From the NCBI GenBank assembly GCA_964016885.1, contig OZ024743.1, positions 17,050,001 to 17,114,000 on the forward strand: a stretch of 64,000 bases of DNA. The letters run 5' to 3'. Positions 25,353 to 39,140 of this stretch are shown here, piece by piece. The position numbers and the translations under genes are program-made. The stretch comes from Eledone cirrhosa. Taxonomy: Eukaryota. Numbering within the stretch: position 1 is the stretch's first letter; every line of letters starts with the position of its first letter. Below the pieces are notes generated by a model. The model ran no database searches, was not told where the DNA came from, and worked only from the letters and a program-made list of their open reading frames with translations.

Positions 25353-26300
25353 TCGTACCAAATTCTCCACTCACACTATGCTAAACCCATGACCTCCAAA
25401 TACCTGATACTCAAACACTCAGCAATGTCGAGTAGTGCTAAGTTTAATATTCTGATCGCAGATTTGGTACGAGTGATGAAGAATGTGTCCCGCATGTGCG
25501 ACCCAACAGAAATGGAAAGACACATCCAACACTTCATCAACCGCATGCAGTTCTCTGGCTACAACCAAAGAGACAGAGTCAGAGTGTACGAAGGAGCCAT
25601 GGAGAAGTATAAGACCATCATAGAACTGGACATGAAAGGAATTTGCTCATTATACAGGAGTAAATCATGGAGTAGCTTAGATAGGGCTAGACATAAGATA
25701 GGGAAAGCCACTTCATGGCACGACAACCAGAGATACCAGAGTGACATGTTTGTGGACGCTACCCCTGGATGGAAATTAGCTAACCAGTGTAGAAAGGCCC
25801 AGAGAAAGACCCACTTAAATATTAAGGTGGTAGAAAAGCCAGGAACCACCATAAAATCCCTGATCAGCAAAACCTACCCTTTTAAGATAACCCACTGTAC
25901 TAATAGGAAATGTATCATATGTAAGGTAAACCCCCGGATAAACTGTAAAACTAGAAACGTAGTCTATATCATAAGATGTACAGAGGGTACTTGCAGAAAC
26001 ATGACAACAGCATACATAGGCGAGAGAGCTCGTAGCATAGGAGAAAGGATAGACCAACACTGGGGGGAACTAAAAGGACGAAAAAGCGGATCAGTACTAT
26101 ACGAACATGCCAGACAACAACACGACGGTAACATAGACAACATAGACATTAGAATAATATCTAAACATAGAAATGATCCAGCAGAAAGGCAAATCAGAGA
26201 GGGCAGTGAAATAGAACTTAGAAGGCCAAGACTAAACAGAAAAAATGAATGGAATAACAACAAAACCCAAACAAACAACACTGACCTAAGAGAAGTATAA
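25308..26300 (+). CDS. C-terminal part of Penelope-like protein (thumb/linker + GIY-YIG endonuclease), open frame but lacking RT
   Basis: NVVYIIRC…AYIGERARSIGERIDQH, ERQIREG, PRLNRKNEW, with C-x4-C-x2-C linker. The first ~15 codons come from the inverted arm. Confidence 0.8.
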   Translation: MGRTCGTHSSSLVPNSYQILHSHYAKPMTSKYLILKHSAMSSSAKFNILIADLVRVMKNVSRMCDPTEMERHIQHFINRMQFSGYNQRDRVRVYEGAMEKYKTIIELDMKGICSLYRSKSWSSLDRARHKIGKATSWHDNQRYQSDMFVDATPGWKLANQCRKAQRKTHLNIKVVEKPGTTIKSLISKTYPFKITHCTNRKCIICKVNPRINCKTRNVVYIIRCTEGTCRNMTTAYIGERARSIGERIDQHWGELKGRKSGSVLYEHARQQHDGNIDNIDIRIISKHRNDPAERQIREGSEIELRRPRLNRKNEWNNNKTQTNNTDLREV

Positions 26301-26822
26301 ATAAATAAATAAATAGATAAATAAATAAATAAATACATACACAAGCACAATAACAACAAACATATATAAACACACACTAGAGAAGATAGAATACATTAAC
26401 CGATACACAGTCACCCAATCACGAACACACATCAAACAAAACACTATACACACACGCAAACGCATGCGCAAAGAAGACAAAATAAAATATACAAACAAAC
26501 AAATACATAAATAAATATATAGACATACTAAATAAAAATGGCGTAGACATACAATGTAACGGGAGGAAACAATAGCACCACTGACGATCTTGCAGATGTG
26601 AAACGAAAGAACTTTGATAAACTATATATATGTGGTTGTGTTTATATTGTATCTGTATTATTTTTGACCGTTGGTCAGTCAATGGCAACATTGAGGAGCG
26701 AGTAAATTAGATTACCGATATAAAAGACACAGAAGCGAAAAGCGAAAACCAACCAAACAGTGAGTGTGTTCTGTCATTAATTCTGGCAATATTACACAAA
26801 TATGACCCTCCCCAAGTATAAC

Positions 26823-26826
<4 letters not shown>
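25353..26826 (+). mobile_element. Penelope-like element, 5'-truncated right arm (family 1)
   Basis: Post-RT region, Cys-rich linker, GIY-YIG domain, 3' UTR with HHR-like motif, ends in (TA)n. Confidence 0.92.
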
Positions 26827-26883
<57 letters not shown>

Positions 26884-26889
<6 letters not shown>

Positions 26890-27425
26890 TAGAGTTTAAG
26901 CAAAGAATCGCTGCTTTCACCATTAACAGGATATTCTGAAATGAATAAAAATCAATCTGTGAACGCAGAATTAAATATTTCGAAAAAACTTTGGAACCAG
27001 AGGAAAACAGGAAGGTGATACTGTGGGTGTTGGATGTTTCGACGCATCAAATACAATGCATGGGAAAATGCGAAGATAATACAGCGTTATGTGGACCGTT
27101 GAGAACAAATACACGCAAAGACAAAACCACGTTTATTGTATAAATTTAGTCATATGACTAATATTCTATTTAGGAAACAGCATGGTTCTCACAGGAGGGA
27201 TCTCTCAGATAAACAGCGCTATTTCAGATAAATATCGCTGTTTCAGAGCACCAATTCTAATTTTCAATTTTTGCTCCACCGGCAACCGCTCTATATAATC
27301 AATTCCTGATTATTACTGGAATTCTATAAGAATCCAACATTCATAATTTTCAGCAAACAGGAGGAGTACTGAACTTTGATATGTACCAACGAGTACGGAA
27401 CAGAGCTCTGTCAGCTTATCTTCCT
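26884..27425 (-). mobile_element. PLE-type non-coding terminal repeat, family 2
   Basis: Clearly homologous to 41880-42150 and 30726-30780; contains HHR-like motifs; starts at (TA)n. Confidence 0.6.
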
Positions 27426-27548
27426 TTGTTTGCTGAAAGTAGAAGTAAGTGACATAGTCACTACATTAAAACAATAGCGTAAGGTCTTAAAAAGCTTTTA
27501 ATTAAGCAAAATACAGAATATATATATATATATATACTGTATATATGA

Positions 27549-28326
27549 TACAATATGTAGAAAAGATAACACACTAGAGAGAGAGATAGTGCGCCATCAG
27601 TCAAAATGCACCAGTGTATTCCTTACACTGTTGGTTTTTCCCTGTTTGGCTGAAGGCGCACTAGCTCTCTCTCTACTGTGTTATCTTTTCTACATATTGT
27701 ATTGTAAAGGGCTCGGGATTCCTTCTCCTTTGAGTACATTATTGACAGGGAATAGTGAGAGTCTATGGCTCCGTTAATTTATCGTGATATTTCGCTCCTT
27801 ATAACAGTCTCTTCTCTTTCTCTGTTTGGTTGAGCACACTTCTCTGAGTGGTTTGGGCTGCCCTTTCTAGCAGCTCGTCCCTCAGGGACCACTGGTTACT
27901 GCCCTAGGCACGCTGTGAATTCTCTCTCCCACGTGTGGTTGTACGGTCTTAGATTCTCTTAGTGTTGTCTGAAATGTATAGCCTTACACACGCTGATGAA
28001 CCATAGGCTAATCATATCTGTCAACAACTTATTTGGCGAAACATAACTTTTGGGATTTGTACGTGTGTGTTAGATATTTATCGAGGTATGTATTCACACT
28101 TTAATTTATACTTTTAATTATTGTGTGGCTACTATGCCTTCCATGGGCTATAGATTCCATACACTGGTGTTTTTTCTCTGTTTGACTGATGGCGCACTAT
28201 CCCTCTCTCTAGGGTGTTATCTTTTCTACATATTATATTATAAAGAGTTTGGGATTCCTTCTCCTTTGAGCACATTACTGACAGGGAATAGCGAGAGTCT
28301 ATGGCTCCGTTAATTTATCGTGATAT
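27549..28326 (+). mobile_element. Non-autonomous PLE/retrozyme-like element: inverted 5' piece + partial tandem with 536-nt period
   Basis: Direct repeats ~27625-27790 and ~28140-28326, both ending ctccgttaatttatcgtgatat. 27549-27605 is an inverted copy of part of the repeat. HHR between the repeats; TA-rich flanks. Confidence 0.75.
27985..28069 (+). ncRNA. Type I hammerhead ribozyme
   Basis: Stem I tacacacg/cgtgtgtg, CTGATGA 27993-27999, stem II cca…tgg, GAAAC 28038-28042, stem III aca…tgt, cleavage triplet GTA 28059-28061. Confidence 0.8.
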
Positions 28327-29194
28327 ATATATATACGTGTGTGTATGTGTGTGTGTGAGAGAGTAATTTATGAAAATATATAATTGTGCTTATGTCCAGT
28401 TCTTTATGGTTAAATTATAAATAAACAATAGCTGTGACAGTGCAGATGAATAAAATGTACTTAATTACAGGTTCTTTTACTAACAGTGATTGTAGTTATT
28501 CATGGTATATACCTTTCAAATACTGTAGTTATACTGCTCGAAACTATGTACAGAATGACTGTGTAACACACGACAGGAAACAATTGCATAATTGTAGACC
28601 TGGAAACAAAAAGATGTTATTAAATCAGGGAAATGTCGTGTTTTTATTTTGTAGCTATCATCACAACAGCTTTTAATACCAGAACGGATGTGATCCTGCT
28701 GCGCTATGTCTCTCAAATAGAGGCATTACATAATTGACATGAGAGATGATACAAATAGAAAGCTGTTTTAAATCTTCATTTTATTAATGATTAATGATTT
28801 GCAGTCTAACGTTTATAATACAATATAAATTTAAATTGACCAATTTAATATATTTTTATAAATTTTATGCTTGTAGATTTACTTTAGAGATAGTGTGTTA
28901 AATATGCATGCTATGAACAGCAAGAACTATGGAGAAAATGACAGCGTTAGCCATTGCAATAGCCACCCAATCTCACGAGACTCCTAACTCAATCCTATAT
29001 TATGGAGGTGGTCCGGAGTCCGAGTACATTTAAACACGTTATGAATACGCATTTCTCTATAAATAGAAAAAAAAATCACCAACAGTAAACGATTTTCAAT
29101 CTTTATTGTAATTTCATCAGAAATCATTTAAATCACATAAACATTTAGAATGAAAAAAACCTAATCCAGTAATTTACATACACTAGGATTAAGA

Positions 29195-29478
29195 ACTCAG
29201 AGCTGTACTGGAGCCTCGCAACAGTCAGCTAAAAAGTGACACAGGAGACTGAGGTTAGCTGGAATCCTGACCGATATCCAGGGTTGACACTGCACTCAGT
29301 GCTCCTGTGGGAGCCTCTGTATGGGAACACTGGTAGAGGAATACCGAGGTTAACATATGTTGATGCTCTAAGGACAGACACTGCCCTCTTGGAGACGTAG
29401 GACATGGCAGCGACAATGAGGGGCAGATACCGCTGGACAGAACTCATCCATGGATCTCGGGAATTTTACCCGCCCTAG
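29195..29478 (+). mobile_element. 3' end of RTE-type LINE
   Basis: Translates to RRLRLAG…VLLWEP..G..GRG.PRLTYVDAL..DT, a typical RTE C-terminus; ends at TAG followed by (AT)n. Confidence 0.7.
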
Positions 29479-29502
29479 ATATATATATATATATATATAT
29501 AT

Positions 29503-30235
<733 letters not shown>

Positions 30236-30585
30236 CAAGCTCATAAATAGTTAATAAATGAGTTAATGTGCCTGAATATCATTATTTTATATTAATCTGT
30301 CAATTTATAAATCTATGGATTACTTATAATTAATTATATATAATTATATCAACAAGGTAATAGTGATAACATGTTCCCTATATTACGTGGATCTCAACAC
30401 AGTTAAAAGGAAGACGACAGAATGGCAAGAACGAAAACAAAATAATGATGAACACACTGATGAGCACATCACAAGAAGCTAAACTAAGAAGAGTGGTAAC
30501 GATATATAAACTTCGCCAAAACTACCAACCTCATAACCAACATCACAATAATATGTTTTAATGATAATCTTTATTTAAACTTTTG

Positions 30586-30633
<48 letters not shown>

Positions 30634-30638
<5 letters not shown>

Positions 30639-30830
30639 ATAATAATAAATGTGAAGATTAAAATCCAAAGAGGGCTCGATAAGGATAGATATATAGCATG
30701 TATATATAAAATCCCTAGGGCAAATATTTATTAAAATAACACATTAAAGTTAAGCAAGGAATCGCTGCTACACCCTAAAGGGTGAAAGCAGTGATTCATT
30801 GCTTAACTTTAATCTATTATTTTAATAAAT
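30634..30830. mobile_element. PLE family 2 fragment folded back into a ~105-bp hairpin (30726-30830)
   Basis: 30634-30776 matches 41792-41935; the sequence then continues as its own reverse complement. Confidence 0.8.
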
Positions 30831-30840
30831 AAATAAATAA

Positions 30841-30871
<31 letters not shown>

Positions 30872-33225
30872 TATATTTCATATCACGTGATATATTCAAC
30901 ATTAGCTCCCATCATTCAGGTTAGTACGTTTATTAAATGGATTAATCTCTTACCAATTTCTATTAAATGGTTTTCTACTATAGAAAGCACATCATATACT
31001 TTTTCCAGCAATATATATTAGAAATGTTTTAGCATTGATATTGTTGCTGAGGATAGACATATGCCTTTATCAAACACACTTTGTTTTAATTTTCAGATCA
31101 CAATGATGTTTATTAATCAGCATTTCTTATTTGAAGCTTATGAAACGCTTAAACATAATTAAGAGCACACAGTTAATACATGCATTTCTATTAGATATGG
31201 TATGTTGTATGTATTTGTCTTTATTTAATTCTCAGCTCATTAATGTTCTTCTTTCTTGCGTTTTCTGGCGGCAACTATGTGTTTTATTTGAGGATCTCAT
31301 GAAATATTTAGAAAACATTATATATGGGAAATATACTAATGTCTAAAAATATTGGCCTATTATATTGAGTTTTAATTCTAATTAGGCGGTTTTGCAAATA
31401 TAATATTCATTTACCGAATAAAAATAGTATTGTTGGAAATAGAGTGAACGAATATAAGGAAAAGAAACGATTAGTCCAACAAGTAATGCATGATTGATGT
31501 TGAGGAAAAACATGTAATGCGCAGTTTCACATACCTTATCAACATATTTTCTTTTCAACCAACTCGATTGATATTTATATTTCTCCCGTTTGAAGTAAAA
31601 TTAATTACTTAAAATGAGAAAATATCCCCAATTATCTTCTAATTATGAACTAAAAATATATATCGCAAATGAAATTTTACAAGCGAATGAGTAATTTTCC
31701 AATAAAATTAAACAGTTCTCAAATATTTTTGTTTCTTAAAGTATTACTTCAACATAATTTACAGAGAGGAAATTACTTAAAACTTTCTTTTAACGAGGAA
31801 ATATTTTCCACGTATATATATATTTCGAATTTTAATGCAATTACTGAAAGTTATTGGAAGTAATAATTTCTCTTCTTAATTTTCCTGTATATTATTCATC
31901 TATTAAGTTATTAAATATCAATTATTTTAGGCAATAATTCTAGAATTATTACTTTGTAAACAGTTTGAAATTGTGGATAAGACGCCAAGCGTGTGTACAT
32001 GTAATGTTATAAATCGCTTGAAATTGTTGGTACACGTTTATCAGTTATCAAATGTATGGGCAAACGAACGTTCGGCATCGCAAACACAAGAATAAATATA
32101 TATTAGAAGTATGACCAATATAGATTGATTCACAAAGTAGGCATTTTCAAAGGCGTATAGGTTGGTTTATGTATACTAACCTTATAAAATTCATGCTAAT
32201 AATGTCACAATTGTCTGAGAGCAGTATGGGAAAGCAAAACACAAGTGTTTCACGCAATATATTGACAGGGTGTGGAATTGGATTGCCACCGTCCCGATAG
32301 CAATATGGGAAATTAATTTCTGTCCTGATCATCGAAAGATTTTATCTTTAGAGGCTGGTCTCCCTATGTTATAATACCAGCTACAGTATCCTCTACTCAA
32401 GAAAGGAGTTCAATCCGATAAATGCATATAGCTATATAGCTATAAAGACATACATACATGTAGGGTGTGATGTCCTCTTTGAATGAATACATTTACTAAA
32501 GAACATTCCTCACTGTTATTTTCGCATATAACCTTATTTGGCACCTAATAATGGACAACCGAAATTGTGAAGCAAATGAATCCATTATAAAAGAACTTAA
32601 ATTGATGTGTTGTGCATAGCATTGATTTGTTGATTCGAGTTCACTATGTTAGTTTTCTACAATAAAAAAAATATATATTTCCCATTGACACTGCCTTTCC
32701 GTATCACGATGTTAAGTTTGAACAATCATATAAAATGTATTTCATCCTCGAATAAAATCGTTTTTTGTTCTATTACGATATAAACACTCTAAAGAAAAGC
32801 AATTTTGCATTCGTATACGCAGAGACATATGTGTGTGTATGTATCTTCTTCTGGCTTTATAATTTCACAAATTTTGCCATTAGAGAGTGAGCCGGTTTCT
32901 AACAGAGGTACACGAATCTCTTATTGGAATTTACACAACATCAACTAGCTATATATGTATGCATGTGTGTGTGTGCAGGTACGGATGTTATTGTATGTGT
33001 GGATGTATATGTTTTGAGTTGTATATGTGCAAGTGCATATGCTTTGTATCTATACAAGTGTATATGCTTTTATTAGATGCAGATTGTTGGAATGATATAC
33101 ATATTTTTACTGTTCAGTTAATGGATATGTATGTATGTGTGTATTTTATTTTTATTTTTTCATAAATTATATATAGAGTGAGACGTAGTTTTAAAATTTA
33201 AACAATTCTGTTCTTCGAATTGAGG

Positions 33226-33486
33226 TATAAGTACACCTTATCCAGCAACTACACAGCCCCTATTTCTTCTTAAATGTTTATCAAGTTTTGCTGTGACCTG
33301 TTCTCTCTTTCTCCCTATCTAGTTTGTTGCTATCAACTATTCCCCCCTCTTTCTTTCTCCATTTTTCTCCCTCTTAGTTTCACCCTCTCTCTCTCTGCTA
33401 GCCACCGGACTGTTTCTCACGCTTGTTCGTCTTCGTGCCTTCCTCTTATTTATAAGTTCACCTTATCCAGTAACTACGCAGCCCCT
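33226..33486. repeat. Short element with ~35-bp direct repeats (period ~226) and pyrimidine-rich core
   Basis: ataagt(a/t)caccttatccag(c/t)aactac(a/g)cagcccct occurs twice. The core resembles 55355-55475 next to a PLE RT fragment. Confidence 0.6.
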
Positions 33487-34125
33487 GATTCTTGAATACC
33501 CATGCATACATACCTATATATATATATATTATTTATATATATATATATTAGCTTGGCTGCAACCAGAGCTTCGATGGTGCTGTACGAAATTTTGTATTAT
33601 TATCTCCTAGAATTAACGATTAATTGATTACTTTAATTAGACAATTCTATTGATTGATTAATTGTTTGTGTTTGTTTGATAACTTGAGTGCTTAATTCGG
33701 TTTGTGTAAAGGAATTTTATTCCTTTGTTCCAAATTTGAATTGTCCGCCAAAATCGGGGGTTACCTCCGTTCCTGGAAAACCATGTGCCTTCTAACAGTG
33801 CTTACTACTAGCATTCACCCCCGGGCGGACGAGAACGAAAAACTTGTTGACGAAGTAGATTCCTTTTCCATCTTACCAAAACCATTAACTTGCAGACAAT
33901 TGCAAGTGGATTTTGTCGATTTCGGAATTACAGAAACCTAGCGGAGATATTATATATTATATGTGATGTATATTATATGGTATATATGATGTGTTGCGTA
34001 TGATGTCGACGCCACGGCGTATGATGTCGACGCCACGGTCCAGGTTAGTCAAGTTTTATCCGAATTTCAGTTTTCTTCGTCTCCATGGTCACTGCGGTCC
34101 GTCTATCGGTCGGTGTCTTCGATTT

Positions 34126-34294
<169 letters not shown>

Positions 34295-37200
34295 GACAGG
34301 TTGCTGTGTCGTTACTAATAAAGAGAGAGTGTTTGGAAATGTGCGGAAAACACAAACAGGACTGATCTCCTCTTCAGTTGTCTGCTGTGGGTCTTGGACG
34401 TTTCGACGCATCAAATACAATCCACAGTTCTTCAATAACTGGGAAGTTGTTGGGGAAGGAAAAAACAAGGAAACGATGGCGAAAAAAGAAAAAGAAAATA
34501 TGAAAGTAAATAGAATAGAAAAAAGAGAAAGAAAACACAGGAATCATACCGATAGAGAGGGGAACCATGAGGAGGAGCACATGTTTTTTAGCAGTAACCA
34601 AGGGGAAAGAGGGAATGAAGTTAGACCGAGAGGCGGGTTTATATGTATGTTTTTTTTTCTGTGAGTGTCTGTACTCGGTTTCGGGTATGGGTGATATCAC
34701 ATGGGTTATTCTGGATGCTATATGTGATATATATACATGTACTTATGATTCTGTACTATGATACACATGGGTATTGCTAAATTTCTGAAATGTTTCACAA
34801 CAGTTTACAGTTCAATTAATGGGCTGTAGTTTCAACTGTATACTTCTCCATGTACCCCACATTCTCTGAAACCTAACGTCTCGAGAATTACGCTAATGCA
34901 GTTACTAACATATCCTAGGGCTCCGATGTTCACAGATATAGTCAGGCTGGACTATCTACATTTCTATAATCTTTAACATTACATCTACATCTGCTGGACA
35001 TCTGATTTACACTACGGAGATGGAATCCTTTTATGTGTCCTATAGAACTATGTCTGCTCTGGTGTTTGAATGTTTTTGGGTTTTGACTGGAACATTTCAC
35101 CAATACTATTTCATATTATGTATGAATATATCTTCCATATCACCTTAAATACTTATATGTTTATTTTCAGAACTATCATTTCCCTCTGTGCATTGAGTAG
35201 TGTTTTGTAAACTATATGGTGCCTCAGAGATAGATAGCAATATGATGACGTATTTGGAGTGTTGTATATTACGTGGCTGACATCTTCGATTTTATTCCGC
35301 ATATCTGTATCTGTTTTCACATTTAGGTGTTTTACCTGCATCAGATATTTCGTTGATATTTCCTATTATTGGATTACAAAAGAATATATTTGAAAGTTAG
35401 AACCTATATGCCAGGTGTTGGTCCATGATAGACTATTTGCTTATATATATTACTCTTAATTGGAACATAGTCATGCTTAGTCTCTGCCGATAAGCCCCTA
35501 TGCCTTCCAATGCATTTTTATATCAATTTCAGTGGGTTTTAGTGGAGAGGGATATAAAGTGACGCTCAATCACTGTGCGGACTAATGTTAAGCCCTTGTC
35601 TTCTTGTTTATGTTTCAGATACAGCTGATCTATATGATGATGTAGTAATTTCCAATGCCGGTTAGAATTTGTCGGGTTTTAACCTCAATGAATCGGATCT
35701 ATGACTAGAATCCAGTTCAGTAATCCAAACGTTGGTGTTAGCACAGACACAGCAAATACATTGTGTACCCCCAATTTATTGTATGCAGAAGACGATGTTT
35801 TTTCTTATTCGAATGTTACAGTCCCTCACTAAACGTTCCGTGTTAAGGATCTCCCAAGGATATATTTTCATCTGTTCCTAATGTCCATAGCAGTCGTCGT
35901 AAGATACCAATTAATGTGCCTGGCTTTTCATAGTAATGTAACTAGATTGGCTTATAGTTTTTCATTGTCTTACATTCATATAGGGGCATTTATGTATGCG
36001 TGTATGTATGTATCTGCGTATGTGCGTGTGTGTATGTGCATCCATGTATCTATGTTGAGTTCTTCAAATGCGAATATGATTATTTACATAAAGTTAAATG
36101 GGGGAAAATGTAATCAAATACAGGTGAACACATACGATGACGAAGAAAACAAACGCGCATCTGTATATATAACTGCAAATATTTACAAATGATTGATGAG
36201 AAGAATTAAATAGCATGACACGTTGAAGCCATTTGAAGAGATTATGCATTCATAGCGTTGGAACATTGTTGGTTGTAATAGCGATAGTGTCGGTGTTATT
36301 TGTAGTTTTGATGCTGCTACAAGCTTTAGCGAACTCGAATAGATGAAAGGTTAAACCGTAAAGAACCTCAAGATATATCATTGTTGAATTCATTGTTGTT
36401 TAATAACCTAACTCACGCATTGCATTTCTGGTTATTGCAATATAATGATGTATAAAACTAATATCAATAAATTGTTAAGCAGTATAATGTTAATGCATCA
36501 GCAGGTTCCAATTACATAATGACGAGCAGGGTATCTGTTCATAAATCCGAAGGTGTCGCAAAATCGAATACTTTCTAAATGATAAGTGTCTACAGCGTCA
36601 ATGTTTAATTTTCTGTTTTGACAGGTAGATGACAGATTCTCATATGGATATAATACTCTACTATCACCCGTATCATATTGAACTTGTTGGAAATTACAAA
36701 TAAACATGCATTAACATATTGGTAAATCATTTGCTACTGCAGTCTCAGAATTTCATAAACTTTTTACAAAATCCAATGTAGTTTTATATAATATTTGTTG
36801 ATATGCAGAATTATATTTGTGTTCTAAGTTATATAATAATTCTTCTTGGCCAAAGTAAGGAAGTACACCGATGATAGTTTAATAAATTCACCTAATATAA
36901 ACGTGTATACATTTAGAATGGTTATTATTTAAATATTCAATGCGCTATATTTAAGCGTAACTCTTAGAATCCACCTACTCTTAGAAATGTAACTTTTAGA
37001 ACTAATATAATATTGACGTCACCTTAAATAAAGCACAAGCAAATACTATTGTTACAGGTTGCTCAAATTAATAGCAAATTTCAACATACATATCCCCATA
37101 AAGAGCTTATTTATGATAAATGGCATTTTATATATGTATTTGACATGGATGTACTCTTCCATAATTTCGAGCACCTATACCTAGCTATGCTCAACCGCCA

Positions 37201-38424
37201 CACAAGCGAATATCGAGGATCCTGATGCCAATATGATTAATCTACCATCCAACCTGAATGAAGTTATTATTGTAGCCATGTAATTTATCCTTCACGTAAA
37301 ACACGTTTCCAAGCAACATACACATACAAGAAAACATTCAACACCAAAACTGTAACGTGAGCAATTTATGCTTTGTATAATTCACTTCCCCTAAAACAGA
37401 ACATTAACATTTCCATCTAAACAGCCCATTACGCCATATACACAATCGAAACCCTTGAAATAAAACTGCCAATGTAATGGTGTATATGATATTTACATCT
37501 GCTGCACCAGAGGAAAGAAAATATGTAGCAAGAATGCTTTAGGATTTTTTCCGTTTTCTCTGGAATAGAAAACTTTTATTACCATTATATTTTCTTGGAT
37601 AACTGTATAATTCAATGAAATCCTTAGGATAAATCTCAGTTCATGTTTAGTGATTTGCATAGTATTTCTCGAATGATGTTATTGCTTGAATATTTTATTA
37701 ATATTTCAAATTAATGCATTCTCTTGTTTACTTATGATTTAGACGCGCCCTTGAATATGTATCTATATAATCAGTACATTAATGGGTACTTATACTGACT
37801 CACATTTCACATTTGTCAAATATACATATTTCAATCTTGAGGCATGAAATTATATATCTACCTCCATAGGCTAATATTTTTAAAATGTAATTACAGTTTC
37901 GAATTAGGAGTTATATTTTAAGCAATTACATTTCAAAGTGCTACTTTGTGTCGGAGATAAATGTGGTATAATATCTTGATCTAGATTTCAGTTACTTCAA
38001 ATCATGATCATGATTACATGATTATGTTGAATATGTTGAATATGTTCATAATGTGTTTCTAGTGTTAAACGTAATACTCTAAGGAATACTCCTACAAACA
38101 CAATAATGATATAAATATCAATAATCACTTTAAGTGTAAGCCGAAATGTTAGATGTATCATCGAAGCTATCTCTGAAAATAGTCAGTAATGATTGATTCT
38201 AATTAAGTAAAATGGAATGGTAGGAAAAGGAAAGGCGACAATATTGACCTCAGTGCGTTACTGGTGTTTTACTTTATCGATCCAGTAATTATGAACACAT
38301 AGCTAAACTCTGTAGTTTTGAACTCAGAACAAAAAGGGACGTAGTTATATATCGCAAAGCATTTTGTTCGACGATCTAGTTAAACTGCCAACTCACGACA
38401 CTATTATTCAGTAATACATATTTT

Positions 38425-38605
38425 TACTGTTGTCACAAGGCCAGCAATTACCCAGTGCATTACTGGTTCTTTGTCTTATCGACCCCGTAAGGATGAAAGG
38501 CAAAGCTAACCTCGGCGGGATTTGAACTCAGATCATAAAGGCCGTAACTCTTTACCGCAAAGCATGTCGTCCGGCCCTCTACTGATACTGCCCATCCACC
38601 GCCCT
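38425..38605 (-). mobile_element. tRNA-derived SINE (a more degraded neighbour lies at ~38220-38400)
   Basis: Reverse complement of the 11241-11432 family, including B-box gggatttgaactc. Confidence 0.85.
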
Positions 38606-38954
38606 TTATTATTCAGTAGTATTGAAATCAATTTTTTCCTCTCAACTTTCCTTAGATATCTTGTAATTTATAAATGGTTTCACTATTTGCATTAATATTA
38701 GCCATTTAAATTTTATCCCTGGTCATAATAATTTGAATCATGTCAAACCAAATAGTCCACTGGATTGGCAAAAGTACCGCCCATGCAGTGTATTTAGTGA
38801 CATCCGACGTGGATATCGTCAGTCGGAAACGACATTGAGTATCAGTTATTTGATTAAGATCCGCCGACAACACATCACCAAATAAAAGGAGATGTTTTTG
38901 TTAAAGGAATCGATCCGAACAAGAAGATGAAATTTCAGGTTTTCGTATAATATA

Positions 38955-39140
38955 TTTCTTTCTACTTTTGGCACAAGGCCATCAATAAACCCAGTGCATT
39001 ACTGGTACTTTATTTTAACGACCCCGTAAGGGTGAAAGGCAATGTTAACCTTGTCGGGATTTAAATCAGACAATAAAGGGGCGTAACTCTATGCTGCAAA
39101 GCCTAGCATCCGACGCTTAACTGATACTGCTAATCCATTG
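38955..39140 (-). mobile_element. tRNA-derived SINE
   Basis: Same family core and tail. Confidence 0.85.

Noticed and set aside
33996-34038. 21-bp tandem duplication gcgtatgatgtcgacgccacg
   Set aside because: Simple local duplication with no further structure.
34330-34445. Two further hammerhead-like traces on minus (CTGAAGA…; TTGAAGA…GAAACGTC)
   Set aside because: Cores or stems too degraded to call; likely PLE remnants.
34780-36860. Stretch that looks like decayed coding sequence
   Set aside because: Many stops and no identifiable motif; needs BLASTX.
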